This document shows positions 9,393 through 20,327 of a stretch of DNA of 54,956 nt, piece by piece. Position 1 is the stretch's first letter. Every line of letters starts with the position of its first letter. The DNA is taken from positions 1 through 54,956 of the forward strand of contig JANOQV010000014.1 of NCBI GenBank assembly GCA_031414955.1. The letters are read 5' to 3'. The translations under genes were made by a program, and so were the position numbers. This DNA comes from Pedosphaera sp. (GTDB lineage Bacteria > Verrucomicrobiota > Verrucomicrobiia > Limisphaerales > SIBH01). The notes beneath the pieces are model-generated. The model made no database searches. It worked only from the letters and a program-made list of their open reading frames with translations, and was not told where the DNA came from.

Positions 9393-11837
9393 ATGCCCGT
9401 TCGTATTTACGATATCGCCAAGAAACTCGGCCTGGGGAACAAGGAAGTTCTCCTCAAGGCCAAGGAACTTGGCATTGCCGCCGCCAAAGTCGCGTCCAGT
9501 TCGCTGGACAAGATCACCGCTGAATTCCTCGCCGAACAACTCGGCGGGAATAAGGTCGCCGAAGCGCCCCCAGCCCCGCCCCCCGCGCCCGAAATCGCCG
9601 CGCCCGCTGTAGTTGTTGCGCCGCCCGCGCCCGAAATCGCTCCCTTGGTGGAAGCAAAGGTCGCCGCACCTGTGATTACCGCTGGTCCCTCGGAGGTGGT
9701 CATGACTGCGCCCCAGACCGAACCTCCGGCCAAACTAACGCCGCCGCCAGTTGTGCCAACCGTGCCACCTGCACCCTCCGCGCCCAAATTGGGGGAAAAG
9801 GTTGGTTCGATTTTGTTGCCCCAGCGCCCCAGGGTGGGCGACAAACTCGGCTCGATTAAACTGCCCCAGCGGGATGCTGGACGTGGTGAGGGCGGACGTG
9901 ATTTCGGCCGCGGTCGCCCCGACGCGCGCGGCCTGCGACCAGGCCAGATTCCGCAAGGACGCACCTCTGGTTTTCCCCAGCGCCCCACCGCGCCGCTGCC
10001 GGCCAAAAACCCGGCGCTGCCACAATTCGCCTTGTCCGCTGATGCCCCGGTCATCATCAGCAAGCCACCCATCGTCGTGCGCGAACTGGCCGACCTGATG
10101 AAGCTGAAGCCCTTCAAAATCATCGCCGACCTGATGGAATTGGGCGTGTTCGCGAACGTGAACCAGGCCATCGACGAAACGACGGCGCAACGCGTCGCGG
10201 CCAAGAATGGCTTCAAGTTCGAGGTTGAAAAACGCGAGCGCGGCGGCGGCATCGTCCACGCCCCGGTTAAAAAGGTCGAACTCGACATCGAGGACAAACT
10301 CGAAACCCTCAAGCCGCGCCCGCCCGTCGTCACCATCATGGGCCATGTCGATCACGGCAAAACCTCGCTCCTGGACGTGATTCGCAAGGCCAACGTCGCG
10401 GCTGGCGAGTCCGGCGGCATCACCCAGCATATCGGCGCCTACACCATCTCCTTTCCCCATCCCGAACGGACGGATGAGCTCCAGCAAATCACCTTCCTCG
10501 ACACGCCCGGCCATGCCGCCTTCAGTGCCATGCGCGCCCGCGGCGCGAATGTCACCGACCTGGTGGTGCTCGTGGTCGCGGCCAACGACGGCGTGATGCC
10601 GCAGACGCTCGAAGCCCTGAGCCACGCGCAGGCGGCGAAGGTTCCGATCCTGGTCGCGGTCAATAAGATCGACCATCCAAACGCCGATCCGATGAAGGTG
10701 CGCAAGCAACTCGCCGAGAAAGGACTCACGCCCGACGATTGGGGCGGCGAAACCATTTTTGTCGATGTCTCCGCGCTCACCAAAGTCGGCGTGGACAAGT
10801 TGCTCGAAATGATTTTACTCCAGGCCGACTTGTTGGAACTCAAGGCCAACCCCGACCGCCGCGCCAAAGGCAACATCATCGAGTCCGGCCTCGAACCTGG
10901 TGGCCCCACCGCCACCGTGCTCGTGCGCAAGGGCACCTTGCGCAAAGGTGACGTCCTCCTCTGCGGCCAGTATTACGGCCGCGTGCGGGCGCTCATCAAC
11001 GAGGAGGGCAAACGCCTTGATGAAGCCAGTCCGTCCGTGGCCGTGAAAGTTCTCGGCCTCAACGGCGTGCCCGAAGCCGGCCTCGAATTCAGCGTCCTGG
11101 AAAATGAAAAGGCCGCGCGCGAGGAAGCCGAACGCCGCGAACACCAGGCCCGCAAGGAAGGCCAGGAAGCCGCCAAGCCCAAGGTCTCCCTCGAAAACCT
11201 CTTCCAGCGCCTCGATGATCAGAGCGCGAAGATCCTCAAGGTCGTGGTCAAGGCCGACACCCAAGGATCGGTCGAAGCCATTGCCGACGCCCTCAACAAG
11301 ATCGAGTCCGACAAAGTCTCGATGGAAATCTTGCGCGACGCTGTCGGCACTATCACCGAGTCCGACGTGCTGCTTGCGTCCGCCTCGAAAGCCGTCGTGC
11401 TCGGCTTCCACACCCGCATCGACAACGGCGTCTCCGACATCGCCAAGCGCGAGCGCGTGCAAATCAAGCTCTATACCATCATCTATGAACTGATTGACGA
11501 GGTGAAGCTGGGCATGGCCGGACTGCTCGATCCCATTCTCAAGGAAGTCGTCACCGGTTCGGCCGAGGTGCGGCAGATTTTCGAGCTGTCCAAGGGCGGC
11601 AATGTCGCCGGTTGCGCCGTCACCACCGGCCGCATCATCCGCGGCAAGGTCCGCGTCATGCGCCGCAAGAACCTCATCTACGAGGGCGTCACCCAGTCGT
11701 TGCGCCGCTTCCAGGACGAAGTCAACGAGGTGCGCGCCGGCATGGAATGCGGCATCCGCGTCGAGGGCTTCAACGAGTTCCAGATCGGTGACACCATCGA
11801 GTGCTACGCCATCGAGAAGGTGGCGTCCAAACTCTGA
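9393..11837 (+). CDS. infB: Translation initiation factor IF-2
   Basis: [32 protein letters not shown]; follows nusA. Confidence 0.98.
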   Translation: MPVRIYDIAKKLGLGNKEVLLKAKELGIAAAKVASSSLDKITAEFLAEQLGGNKVAEAPPAPPPAPEIAAPAVVVAPPAPEIAPLVEAKVAAPVITAGPSEVVMTAPQTEPPAKLTPPPVVPTVPPAPSAPKLGEKVGSILLPQRPRVGDKLGSIKLPQRDAGRGEGGRDFGRGRPDARGLRPGQIPQGRTSGFPQRPTAPLPAKNPALPQFALSADAPVIISKPPIVVRELADLMKLKPFKIIADLMELGVFANVNQAIDETTAQRVAAKNGFKFEVEKRERGGGIVHAPVKKVELDIEDKLETLKPRPPVVTIMGHVDHGKTSLLDVIRKANVAAGESGGITQHIGAYTISFPHPERTDELQQITFLDTPGHAAFSAMRARGANVTDLVVLVVAANDGVMPQTLEALSHAQAAKVPILVAVNKIDHPNADPMKVRKQLAEKGLTPDDWGGETIFVDVSALTKVGVDKLLEMILLQADLLELKANPDRRAKGNIIESGLEPGGPTATVLVRKGTLRKGDVLLCGQYYGRVRALINEEGKRLDEASPSVAVKVLGLNGVPEAGLEFSVLENEKAAREEAERREHQARKEGQEAAKPKVSLENLFQRLDDQSAKILKVVVKADTQGSVEAIADALNKIESDKVSMEILRDAVGTITESDVLLASASKAVVLGFHTRIDNGVSDIAKRERVQIKLYTIIYELIDEVKLGMAGLLDPILKEVVTGSAEVRQIFELSKGGNVAGCAVTTGRIIRGKVRVMRRKNLIYEGVTQSLRRFQDEVNEVRAGMECGIRVEGFNEFQIGDTIECYAIEKVASKL

Positions 11838-11854
11838 TCCAGCGAAGACCGCCT

Positions 11855-12211
11855 ATGCCTTCTCACCGCCTGTTGCGAGTGAACGAACTTTTGAAACGCG
11901 AGATCGGCGAAGCCTTGCGCCGCGAGATGCCCATCGCGCAGGCCGGCTTGGTGACCGCCAATGAGGTGGACGTGGCGGGAGATCTCAAGACCGCCAAGGT
12001 TTACCTCGGCATGCTGGGCACGGCGGAACAGAAGAAGACGGCCCTCGGCCTGATGGGCCAGGTCGCCCCGCGCATCCAGGCCCATGTCGCCCGCACGGTC
12101 ATTCTCAAATACACGCCCAAGCTGAAGTTTCTCGTCGATGAATCTGTGGATCGCGGCAACCGCGTGCTCAACATCCTCGAAGAACTGGAGAAAAATTTGC
12201 CGAAAGACTGA
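11855..12211 (+). CDS. rbfA: Ribosome-binding factor A
   Basis: R..RVNELLKREI, DLKTAKVY, KYTPKLKF..D; follows infB. Confidence 0.95.
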   Translation: MPSHRLLRVNELLKREIGEALRREMPIAQAGLVTANEVDVAGDLKTAKVYLGMLGTAEQKKTALGLMGQVAPRIQAHVARTVILKYTPKLKFLVDESVDRGNRVLNILEELEKNLPKD

Positions 12212-12224
12212 CCTGCCGGCCCTC

Positions 12225-13208
12225 ATGAAACTCGCGCCCAAAATCGTCCGTCGCATCATCGACAGCATCCGCGACGCCCGCACCTTCTGCGTCGTCGGCC
12301 ACATTCGTCCGGACGGCGATTGCATCGGCTCGCAACTCGGCCTGGCCCTCGCCCTCAAGAATGAAGGCAAACGCGTCCGCTGCTGGAACGAAGATGTCGT
12401 GCCCCAGAAGCTTCGCTTTCTCGACCCCGAGCGGATGTTCGAGAAACCCCATGCCGGCGAGAAATTCGACTGCGTGATCGCGACGGACTGCGCCAGCTTC
12501 GAGCGATTGGGCCGGTCGGGACAGCACATCGGGAACCGCAAACTGTTCATCAACATCGATCACCACGCGAGCAACACCCGCTACGCCGACATTAACTGGG
12601 TTGCGGGCCAGGAACCATCCTGCGGCGAACTGATTTACAAGCTGCTGCGCGCCGCCAACTGGTCCGTCACCAAGCCCATTGCCGACTGCCTCTTTACCGC
12701 TGTCTCGACCGACACCGGCTCGTTCCAATACGCCAGCACCCGTCCCGCCACCTACCACGTTGGTGGCGAACTGGTGAAGCGCGGCGCGGACCTCGCCAAA
12801 ATCTGCGATGAGGTTTATCAGTCCTACTCGCTCCAGCGCGTGCGCCTGCTGCGCCATGTCTATAACAGCTTCAAGCTCACGCACGACGACCGCATCGCCT
12901 ACTTCTGGCTCAAGCAAAAGGACTTCGCCCGCACCGGGGCCGAACGCAACGATACTGAGGGTCTTATTGAACACATCCGAGACATCGAACCAGTCGTGGT
13001 CGCCTGCGCCTTCGAGGAAATGGAGCCGCAACTTGTCCGCATCAGTCTCCGCTCCAAGAACGGCAAAGTGAACGTGAATGAAATCGCCGCGCAATTCGGC
13101 GGCGGCGGGCACAAGGCGGCGGCCGGCGCGCGCATCCCCGGCACTCCCGCCTCCGTCCAGCGCCGGGTCGTGGCCGCCATCCGGAAAGCCCTCGACGCGG
13201 CCCGCTGA
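12225..13208 (+). CDS. nrnA: DHH/DHHA1 phosphoesterase (bifunctional oligoribonuclease/pAp phosphatase)
   Basis: HIRPDGDCIGS, NIDHH, TDTGSF, SLRS, GGGGHKAAAG; typical position after rbfA. Confidence 0.9.
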   Translation: MKLAPKIVRRIIDSIRDARTFCVVGHIRPDGDCIGSQLGLALALKNEGKRVRCWNEDVVPQKLRFLDPERMFEKPHAGEKFDCVIATDCASFERLGRSGQHIGNRKLFINIDHHASNTRYADINWVAGQEPSCGELIYKLLRAANWSVTKPIADCLFTAVSTDTGSFQYASTRPATYHVGGELVKRGADLAKICDEVYQSYSLQRVRLLRHVYNSFKLTHDDRIAYFWLKQKDFARTGAERNDTEGLIEHIRDIEPVVVACAFEEMEPQLVRISLRSKNGKVNVNEIAAQFGGGGHKAAAGARIPGTPASVQRRVVAAIRKALDAAR

Positions 13209-13306
13209 CTGGCGGGTAGATAGGGCGAATTACGGCCTGGACAGGAGAGGTGGAGTTCAAAGTCTTCAGCCTGCAACCTCAGAAATCGAATCCGAAGCCG
13301 GGCGAG

Positions 13307-13382
13307 TGGTGGGCCTGCTCGGATTTGAACCGAGGACCAAGCGATTATGAGTCGCCTGCTCTAACCGCTGAGCTACAGGCCC
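13307..13382 (-). tRNA. tRNA-Ile2 (anticodon CAT, lysidine-modified)
   Basis: Minus strand GGGCCTGTAGCTCAGCGGTTAGAGCAGGCGACTCATAATCGCTTGGTCCTCGGTTCAAATCCGAGCAGGCCCACCA: 76 nt, encoded CCA, anticodon arm GGCGA-CTCATAA-TCGCT as in ileX-type tRNAs. Confidence 0.92.
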
Positions 13383-13389
13383 CTGTAAC

Positions 13390-13444
13390 AAGCTCCCCAT
13401 ACCAGACACCAAACTTCAAACAAACTCCAACCTACAAATTCCAA
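13390..13444 (-). repeat. 55-bp heptamer element, copy A
   Basis: ttggaat ttgtagg ttggagt ttgt ttgaagt ttggtgt ctggtat ggggagc tt, ending 7 nt upstream of the tRNA. Confidence 0.8.
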
Positions 13445-13506
13445 GAGTTCAACCGGCTGGCCGCCCCGGAAGCTGCCGCCACGGCGCGGATGAAGCGACC
13501 GCCGGA

Positions 13507-14133
13507 CTACGACTTCTTTTCCCGCGCCGCGTCAGCCGCGCGCCACAGGTACCAGGCGGCCGTGGTGCGATGCGGGCGCCACCGCTCGCCGAAGGCGAGC
13601 AGTTCCTTCGGCTTGGGCATCTCGGCCCACCGGTAGGCGTGACGAAATCCAGTGCGCACACCAAAGTCATCAATGGGCAGAATATCCTCCCGGCCCAATT
13701 GAAAGATGAGCAGCATCTCGACCGTCCATTGGCCCACCCCGCGCACGGCGGTCAACCGCGCAATGATTTCCGCGTCCTCGAGTTTCGCGATCTGGCGGGA
13801 GGAAGGCACCGTGCCATCGAGTGATTTGGCCGCAAGATCGCGCAGCGCGGCAACTTTGGCACCGGAGAAACCCGCGCCCCGAATGGCGACATCCTCCACT
13901 TGCTCAAGATCCTCCGGCCGGGGAAACCGGCGGCCGGGGAAGAGCTTGATGAAGCGCTGGAGAATGGTGTCCGCCGCCGTCCCGTTGAGTTGCTGATGCG
14001 CGATGGCCCGGGCCAGGGACTCGAAGGGCGAACGCCCCGCGCGCGGCCGCAATTCGCAGCGCCCGTGTTTCTGGATCAGGCGGCGCATGACGGCGTCCTT
14101 GGCGGTCAGATGTTTCAGGGCATCGGCAGTCAC
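13507..14133 (-). CDS. alkA: DNA-3-methyladenine glycosylase II (HhH-GPD, AlkA family)
   Basis: Probable GTG start; FESLARAIAHQQL, LTAVRGVGQWT (HhH), PIDDFG, WRPHRT. Confidence 0.88.
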   Translation of the reverse strand: MTADALKHLTAKDAVMRRLIQKHGRCELRPRAGRSPFESLARAIAHQQLNGTAADTILQRFIKLFPGRRFPRPEDLEQVEDVAIRGAGFSGAKVAALRDLAAKSLDGTVPSSRQIAKLEDAEIIARLTAVRGVGQWTVEMLLIFQLGREDILPIDDFGVRTGFRHAYRWAEMPKPKELLAFGERWRPHRTTAAWYLWRAADAAREKKS

Positions 14134-14252
14134 TTGGTGGGTGATGTTAGTTTCCCCTGGCTCAAGCTCCAGCCGGAAAACTGCGCGGCCCATCCGCGCC
14201 GGGCTTGCTTCGCCGGCCCGGCCGCCCTACCACGAGCGGCAGCGACTCATTT

Positions 14253-15008
14253 GTGAAACTCATTTCCTGGAACGTGAACGGATTGCGCGCCGTGCTGCGC
14301 AAAAATTTCCTCGAGTTCATCGAAGCGGAAAAGCCGGATGTGCTCTGCCTGCAGGAGACGAAATGCACGCCGGAGGACATCGAGGGGCTTTGGACGGCGC
14401 GTTTCTCCAGCCACTGGAATTCCGCGGAGAAGAAGGGCTATGCTGGCACCGCCATCTTCGCACGCACGCCGCCCATCAAGGTCACGACTGGAATCGGAGT
14501 GCCCGAACACGACCGCGAAGGACGAGTTGTCACGGCCGAGTTTGCGGACTTCTTCGTGGTCAATGTTTACGTCCCGAATGCCCAGCGCGAACTGACGCGC
14601 CTGGTCTATCGTCAGGAGTGGGATCGCGATTTCTTGCGCTACTTGAAGAAGCTGGAGCGCCGCAAGCCGGTGATTTTCTGCGGCGACTTGAACGTGGCCC
14701 ACACCGAGATCGATCTGGCCAATCCCAAGGCCAACGTGAAGAACCACGGTTTCACGCCGGAGGAGCGCGCGGGTTTCAGCGCCGTGCTTCAGGCCGGCTT
14801 CATTGACACCTTCCGCGAGTTTGAGCCGGGCGGTGGACATTACACCTGGTGGAGCCGGATGCCGGGAGTGCGGGCGCGGAACATCGGGTGGCGGCTGGAT
14901 TACTTTCTGATGAGTGCGGCCCTGCGACCGAGGTTGAAGCGGGCCTTCATCCTCCCGGACGTGACCGGCTCCGACCATTGTCCGGTGGGGATTGAATTGG
15001 GGCGGTAG
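14253..15008 (+). CDS. xth: Exodeoxyribonuclease III / AP endonuclease
   Basis: GTG start KLISWNVNGLRA, LQETK, YVPN, GDLNVAH, GWRLDY, GSDHCPV. Confidence 0.95.
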   Translation: MKLISWNVNGLRAVLRKNFLEFIEAEKPDVLCLQETKCTPEDIEGLWTARFSSHWNSAEKKGYAGTAIFARTPPIKVTTGIGVPEHDREGRVVTAEFADFFVVNVYVPNAQRELTRLVYRQEWDRDFLRYLKKLERRKPVIFCGDLNVAHTEIDLANPKANVKNHGFTPEERAGFSAVLQAGFIDTFREFEPGGGHYTWWSRMPGVRARNIGWRLDYFLMSAALRPRLKRAFILPDVTGSDHCPVGIELGR

Positions 15009-15078
15009 CCTGGTGGCCTCAAGTCATTTTCGGCCCGGGGGGGCTGGACAGGTTGCGGCTTTGCCGGTGCCCATCAAA

Positions 15079-17283
15079 CTACGCCGCCGCGCTTACGAGC
15101 AAATCATTCACGGTGCGGGCCACCGTTTCGAGCTGGAAGGGTTTGGCCAGCCGGGGATTGCCCACCGACTCAAAAAATGCGCGCGTCTCATCCGAAACCA
15201 CGTCCCCGGTCAGGAAGATGATGCGGCTGGCCAGTTCCGAATCAATCCTTTGCACTTCGGCGTGGAAACCCCGCCCGTCCAGTTGCGGCATGCGGTAATC
15301 AGAAAGGATGACGTCGAAACGCTCGCGGCGCAGGAGGTCGAGCGCCTGAAGAGGATGAGATGTGACTACGACTTGGTGGCCGAATTGAGTAAGAATCTCA
15401 CCGACCATCTCGGCCAGGGTCTCCTCGTCGTCGAGCACCAGGACGCGCCCAGTTTGTTCCGCCACGAAGGGGGCGGGCAACGGGGCAAGCGGCTCCGGCA
15501 CCGCCGGCTCGGAAGTGGTGATGGTTTCAGTGGGGACGGGAAACTCGAGGGTGAAACCAGCGCCGCCCGTGGGCGCGGGGGTGTAAGTGATGCGCCCACC
15601 GTGTTCGCTCATGATGCTGTGCGCGATGGAGAGACCCAACCCGGTCCCGACACCCACCTCTTTGGTGGTAAAGAATGGTTCAAAGATTTTACCGCGCAAA
15701 TCAGCCGGCACGCCGGGGCCGTTGTCTTCGATCTGGATGGAGACGAACGCCGCCACCGCGCGCGTCCGAATGACAATGCGGCCGGGACAAGGCGCGCAGG
15801 CTAGAGCCTGGAGGGAATTGTGGAGGAGGTTCACGAGCACCTGTTGCACCTGGTCGGCGTCGGCGATGACCTGGGGCAGGCCGGGATCGAGGTCGAGGGT
15901 GATGGTGCTCTGGGCGACGAGCGCATCGAAGCGTCCCAACTCGACGACCGACTCGATCAACTCGTTCAACGGCACCGGGCCGCGCTGCGCAGGCCGCTCG
16001 CGAGCGAAGGAGAGAAAATTCCGCACCAGCTTGGCGGCGCGGTTGCCTTCCCGCGCGATTTTTTCCAAATCGCCCCGCATACTCATGGGCACGTCCGCGC
16101 GGCTGAGGAGAAGATCGAGGTAGCCCTTGATCACGGCCAGCGGGTTGTTCAACTCATGGGCGATGCCCGAAATCATCTGGCCGAGGGCGGAAAGCTTTTC
16201 GGCCTGGCGGATTTGTTGTTCGAGTTGAAAGCGCTCGGTCATCTCCTTGAGCACAAATTGATAGGCCGGCTCCCCATCCATCTCGATGACGCTGCGCCGC
16301 ACGGCCACGGCGCTGGTCCCGCCGTCGCGACTGGTCAGGTTCATAGGGGCGTCCGGCAGCATCCGGTCGAGGCACTGGGTCTCAGCCTTGCTCCTCGGCA
16401 TGTTGGTGCGACGCAGGAAGTCGTTGAGCGAGGACTTGGGCGTCAGTTCGCCGGACACGCCCAGCAGTTGGCGAGCGCGAAGGTTTAGTTCCAAAATCTC
16501 AAACCCGTCGCACGACGTGATCACGATCGCCTCGCTCGCCTGGTCGAACAACTGGCGGTAGCGCGCCTCGGTCGAGCGCAGGCGGCCTTCGGCCGCCGCG
16601 CGAGCGCCGCGCTCCAGGGTCGAATTGTCCACGGCGGCGCGGCGCAACTGACGCGCCTCCTCCAGGACGAGAACAATCATTCCCACCGCGATGAACAACT
16701 GAAGCAGAGTGGCCACGACGAAGACTGCGGCCCTCAAATCCGAGACCATTTCGGCGAAAGGAAAGGCCAGCAAGAACCCGCCCCAGCAGGCGAATCCTGC
16801 GCAAAGCAAAGTGGCTCCAGCGAATTCCTGCCGCATCCGGCACGAAAAAAAACAGCGGGCCGCGAGCAAGCTGGAGACACCGAGCGTGGCGAAGACCGGG
16901 AACTGGGCGTGCCACGGGTTGTCCAGGTGATACGTCCCCACGTAGCTCCAGAGCGCGAGGAACAAGACAAGCAGCCCGACAACGCGGCGCGGGATGCTCC
17001 GCCCCATGAAAACCAGACAACCCCACGAGAGAAAAAGGGCGGAAATTCCCACCGCCCAAGTCCGGGCCAGCGAGCCGAGCGCGGAAGGATGTTCAAGCAA
17101 GCCACAGGTCAGGCAAAGCCAGAGTGCGTGGAAGAGCCAGGCCACCATCCAGATCTGAAAATACCGCCGACGGGTGTAACTGTTCAGATAGGCGAACAAA
17201 CCGATGAGCAGCGACACGCTGAGAAGTGCCGCCAGCAAAGCCGGGCGTAAGTGCTCCGGCCCAAAATACAAATCGAAAGACAT
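15079..17283 (-). CDS. Hybrid sensor histidine kinase (multi-TM N-terminus, PAS, HisKA, HATPase, REC)
   Basis: About 7 hydrophobic helices, GIAHELNNPL H-box, DNGPG, FEPFFTTK, GTGLGL, C-terminal LVLDDE...SDYRMP...KP receiver. Confidence 0.93.
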   Translation of the reverse strand: MSFDLYFGPEHLRPALLAALLSVSLLIGLFAYLNSYTRRRYFQIWMVAWLFHALWLCLTCGLLEHPSALGSLARTWAVGISALFLSWGCLVFMGRSIPRRVVGLLVLFLALWSYVGTYHLDNPWHAQFPVFATLGVSSLLAARCFFSCRMRQEFAGATLLCAGFACWGGFLLAFPFAEMVSDLRAAVFVVATLLQLFIAVGMIVLVLEEARQLRRAAVDNSTLERGARAAAEGRLRSTEARYRQLFDQASEAIVITSCDGFEILELNLRARQLLGVSGELTPKSSLNDFLRRTNMPRSKAETQCLDRMLPDAPMNLTSRDGGTSAVAVRRSVIEMDGEPAYQFVLKEMTERFQLEQQIRQAEKLSALGQMISGIAHELNNPLAVIKGYLDLLLSRADVPMSMRGDLEKIAREGNRAAKLVRNFLSFARERPAQRGPVPLNELIESVVELGRFDALVAQSTITLDLDPGLPQVIADADQVQQVLVNLLHNSLQALACAPCPGRIVIRTRAVAAFVSIQIEDNGPGVPADLRGKIFEPFFTTKEVGVGTGLGLSIAHSIMSEHGGRITYTPAPTGGAGFTLEFPVPTETITTSEPAVPEPLAPLPAPFVAEQTGRVLVLDDEETLAEMVGEILTQFGHQVVVTSHPLQALDLLRRERFDVILSDYRMPQLDGRGFHAEVQRIDSELASRIIFLTGDVVSDETRAFFESVGNPRLAKPFQLETVARTVNDLLVSAAA

Positions 17284-17515
17284 TCGGCCAAAGGCTATAT
17301 CGTGCCGGAGAGGCGAGGACTAAAGGGCATCCCTCCCGGCGTGGCCCGCTCCGGCCCCAAGCCCGCCCCTGTTACGGCCACGCCGCTCATGGATCGATTG
17401 CCCAGGAGACGGTCCAGCGAAAGCAGCATTTCTGGACTCGGACCGATCAAACTCGGGGGCGTTCGGGTCAGGTCCTCCTTGCGCTGCGGCCCGCCCTGTC
17501 GTCTCATTCGCGGCC

Positions 17516-18436
17516 ATGAGCATCCGCCTGGAAATGCTGCAAGTCGCGCGGCTCGCGCCGAAGGTTCTTGGCCCTGAGGCCACGGAACTGGTGGCGAAGT
17601 TTCTGCGCGCGCAGCAGAACGACGACGGTGGCTTCAAGGATCGCAACGGCCGGAGCGACCTCTACTACACCGTGTTCGGTCTGGACGCGCTCACCGCGCT
17701 GCAACAGCCGTTCGAGGCCGAACGCGTGCGCGCGTTTGCCGAGACATTCGACGATGGCGGCGCGCTCGACTTCGTGCATCTTTGTGCTTTGGCACGTTGC
17801 TGGGCCGCCATTGGCCTTAACCGACCACGTGAGTCAGCGTTGACTGACTTCATCGTGCGCACGATGGAATTGTCACAACGGCTGGCCTCGTTTCGGTCGC
17901 GCGATGGCGGATTTAATTCCAGCCCTGACCAGGAGCGCGGCACGACCTACGGCGCTTTTCTCGGTGTGGCGGCTTATCAGGATCTGGGCGTGGAGCTTCC
18001 TGCTCCAATGGAGTTGGTTCGCTCCCTGAAGTTCCTGGAGACAGAAGATGGCGCGTGGACGAATGAAGTTTTTGGTCGTGGCCAGATGCCGGTGGGCGCG
18101 ACGAACGCAACGGCGGCGGCAGTCACCGTGCTGCGCCAGTTGCACATGCCGGTGAATGCCACCGTGGGCGACTGGCTGCTCACGCAGGCTCATCCGCAAG
18201 GCGGATTTCTCGCCGTGCCCGGCGCGCCCATTCCTGATCTGCTTTCCACCGCGACGGCTCTGCATGCGCTGGCTGGCTTGCAAATTCCCTGCGACCGAAT
18301 CAAGGAACAGGGTCTCGACTTCGTGGACTCGCTTTGGACCAACGAAGGCGGGTTCCACGGCCACTGGGCGGACGATCACCTCGACTGTGAATATACCTGC
18401 TATGGGCTGCTGGCGCTGGGGCATCTGAGCTTGTAG
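17516..18436 (+). CDS. Cytoplasmic prenyltransferase/squalene-oxidase-repeat protein
   Basis: QQNDDGGF, DLYYT, SRDGGF, QAHPQGGF, DLLSTATA, EGGFHG...DCEYT; no signal peptide. Confidence 0.82.
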   Translation: MSIRLEMLQVARLAPKVLGPEATELVAKFLRAQQNDDGGFKDRNGRSDLYYTVFGLDALTALQQPFEAERVRAFAETFDDGGALDFVHLCALARCWAAIGLNRPRESALTDFIVRTMELSQRLASFRSRDGGFNSSPDQERGTTYGAFLGVAAYQDLGVELPAPMELVRSLKFLETEDGAWTNEVFGRGQMPVGATNATAAAVTVLRQLHMPVNATVGDWLLTQAHPQGGFLAVPGAPIPDLLSTATALHALAGLQIPCDRIKEQGLDFVDSLWTNEGGFHGHWADDHLDCEYTCYGLLALGHLSL

Positions 18437-18455
18437 CCGCCTTGGTCAGCGGCGG

Positions 18456-20327
18456 CTACGGGGACACGGCCAGTTTCTCAAAGCTCTCTTCAATGAAGGT
18501 CGTGTTCTGAATCCGGGCCAGCCGGGCGTAAAGACCGCCCACGGCCAGCAACTCCTCATGCGTGCCGCGCTCGATGATCTCACCGGCGCGCAAGACCAGA
18601 ATTTGATCCGCCCGACGAATCGTGCTCAGGCGATGCGCGATCACGAAACTGGTGCGGTGCGCCATGAGCCGTTCCAGCGCTTCCTGAATCAGCTTCTCGG
18701 TCGCGGTGTCCACGCTGGCAGTGGCTTCGTCGAGGATGATGATGGGCGTGTTCTTGAGCAAGGCGCGGGCGATGCTGACCCGCTGCTTCTCGCCCACGCT
18801 CAATTTCACGCCGCGCTCGCCCACGCGCGAATCGTAACCTTCCGGCAGGCGCAGGATGAAATCATGGCAGTTGGCGGCACCGGCGGCGGCCGTTAATTCC
18901 TCGTCCGTGGCGTCGAGTTTCCCATAGAGAATGTTTTCTCGCACCGTGCCATTGAAGAGAAATGGCTCCTGGCTGACCACGCTGATTTGGGCGCGGAGCG
19001 AGTCGAGCGTGAGTTGGCTGGCGTCCTGGCCATCGAGGAGTATGCGTCCGCCCGTCGCTTCGTAGAACGCAGGCAGCAGATTCACGAGCGTGGACTTGCC
19101 GGCACCCGTCGGCCCGACCAGCGCGATCATCTCGCCGGGACGGGCGCGCAAGGAAACATTTCTCAAAATCACGCGCTCGGGCGAGTAAGCGAAGGAGACG
19201 TCTTCGTAAATGACTTCGCCCAACCTGCCGCCAGCCTCTGGCTGGCGAGTAAGAGGGAGGTTCGGCCGCGGGAGGCCCGCAGCCCGGGCCGTGCGGCGCG
19301 GATTCGCGGTCTCCGTGTTGAAATCGAGAATGTCGAACACTCGCTCCCCGGCGGCCCGCGCCGCCTGGAGCATCTGGTTCAAGCCGTGCAACCTCGTCAC
19401 AGGCTCATAAAAAAGCGCGAGGAAGAACAGGAAAGCGATGAGGTCGCCGAGCGAAAGCTGGTTGTTCAACACCTGCGCGCCGCCGAACCACAGGACCAAC
19501 CCCGTCCCCAGCGCCGCGGCAAAGCTCATCGCCGGTGAGTAGTTGGCCCAGGCGCGCATGACCAGCAGCGTGCCCTGGCGCAACGCATCCGCGCGAGCGG
19601 TGAACCGCGCGTCCTCATGCACCTCGCGCCCGAAGGATTTGATCTGGCGCACGCCCTGGAGGTTGTCCATGAGGAGCGCGTTCATCGCGCTGGCGGCTTC
19701 GCGCTGGGCACGGTAGCGCTTGTGCGCCGTCGTCGTGTACCAGAATGCTCCGCCGGCCAGGATGGGCAACGGAACCAGGGCCACCGCCGCCAGCGCCGGG
19801 TTCGTGTAAAAAAGAAATCCCAGCACACCCACGATGCTCAACACCGCCACCGTCCCCTGCTCCGTCCCGTCGATGAGCAGGCGCTCGACGGAATTCACAT
19901 CCTCGATCACGCGGGTCATGAGATCGCCGGACGAGCGCTGGTCAAAGTAGTTCACCGGCAGCCGTTGGAGCTTGGCATAGACCTCGCGGCGCATGTCGAA
20001 GATGACGTTCTGCTCGAAGACATTGTTGATGCGGATGCGGATGCTGTTGAACACATCCTTGAGGAGGAACGCACCGATCAACCCGAGCATCACAGCGGTC
20101 AGTTGCTCGGCCCGTTTCTGCCCGATGACTTCATTGACAATGTGTTTGAGCAGCAAAGGGTAGGCGAAGGAACAGGCCAACGAAGCCAGCGCGCAGGCGA
20201 TGGTGGCCGTGGCCATGCCCGGATAGGGCCGCAGATAGGTGGCCACGCGCCGGATGGTTTCCCAACTGGTCCGTTTGCGGGCCGGGATGCTGGGGTCGGG
20301 CTGCGGGGTGAGAGATGCGTGCGCCAT
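18456..20327 (-). CDS. ABC transporter, fused permease/ATP-binding (MsbA-like exporter)
   Basis: Six-TM domain, GPTGAGKST, LSVGEKQR, ILDEATASVD, IAHRLST. Confidence 0.95.
   Translation of the reverse strand: MAHASLTPQPDPSIPARKRTSWETIRRVATYLRPYPGMATATIACALASLACSFAYPLLLKHIVNEVIGQKRAEQLTAVMLGLIGAFLLKDVFNSIRIRINNVFEQNVIFDMRREVYAKLQRLPVNYFDQRSSGDLMTRVIEDVNSVERLLIDGTEQGTVAVLSIVGVLGFLFYTNPALAAVALVPLPILAGGAFWYTTTAHKRYRAQREAASAMNALLMDNLQGVRQIKSFGREVHEDARFTARADALRQGTLLVMRAWANYSPAMSFAAALGTGLVLWFGGAQVLNNQLSLGDLIAFLFFLALFYEPVTRLHGLNQMLQAARAAGERVFDILDFNTETANPRRTARAAGLPRPNLPLTRQPEAGGRLGEVIYEDVSFAYSPERVILRNVSLRARPGEMIALVGPTGAGKSTLVNLLPAFYEATGGRILLDGQDASQLTLDSLRAQISVVSQEPFLFNGTVRENILYGKLDATDEELTAAAGAANCHDFILRLPEGYDSRVGERGVKLSVGEKQRVSIARALLKNTPIIILDEATASVDTATEKLIQEALERLMAHRTSFVIAHRLSTIRRADQILVLRAGEIIERGTHEELLAVGGLYARLARIQNTTFIEESFEKLAVSP

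Noticed and set aside
13307..13382. tRNA-Met call, and tRNA as an integration site
   Set aside because: The anticodon arm matches Ile2 and lacks initiator features; no integrase or duplicated 3' end is adjacent.
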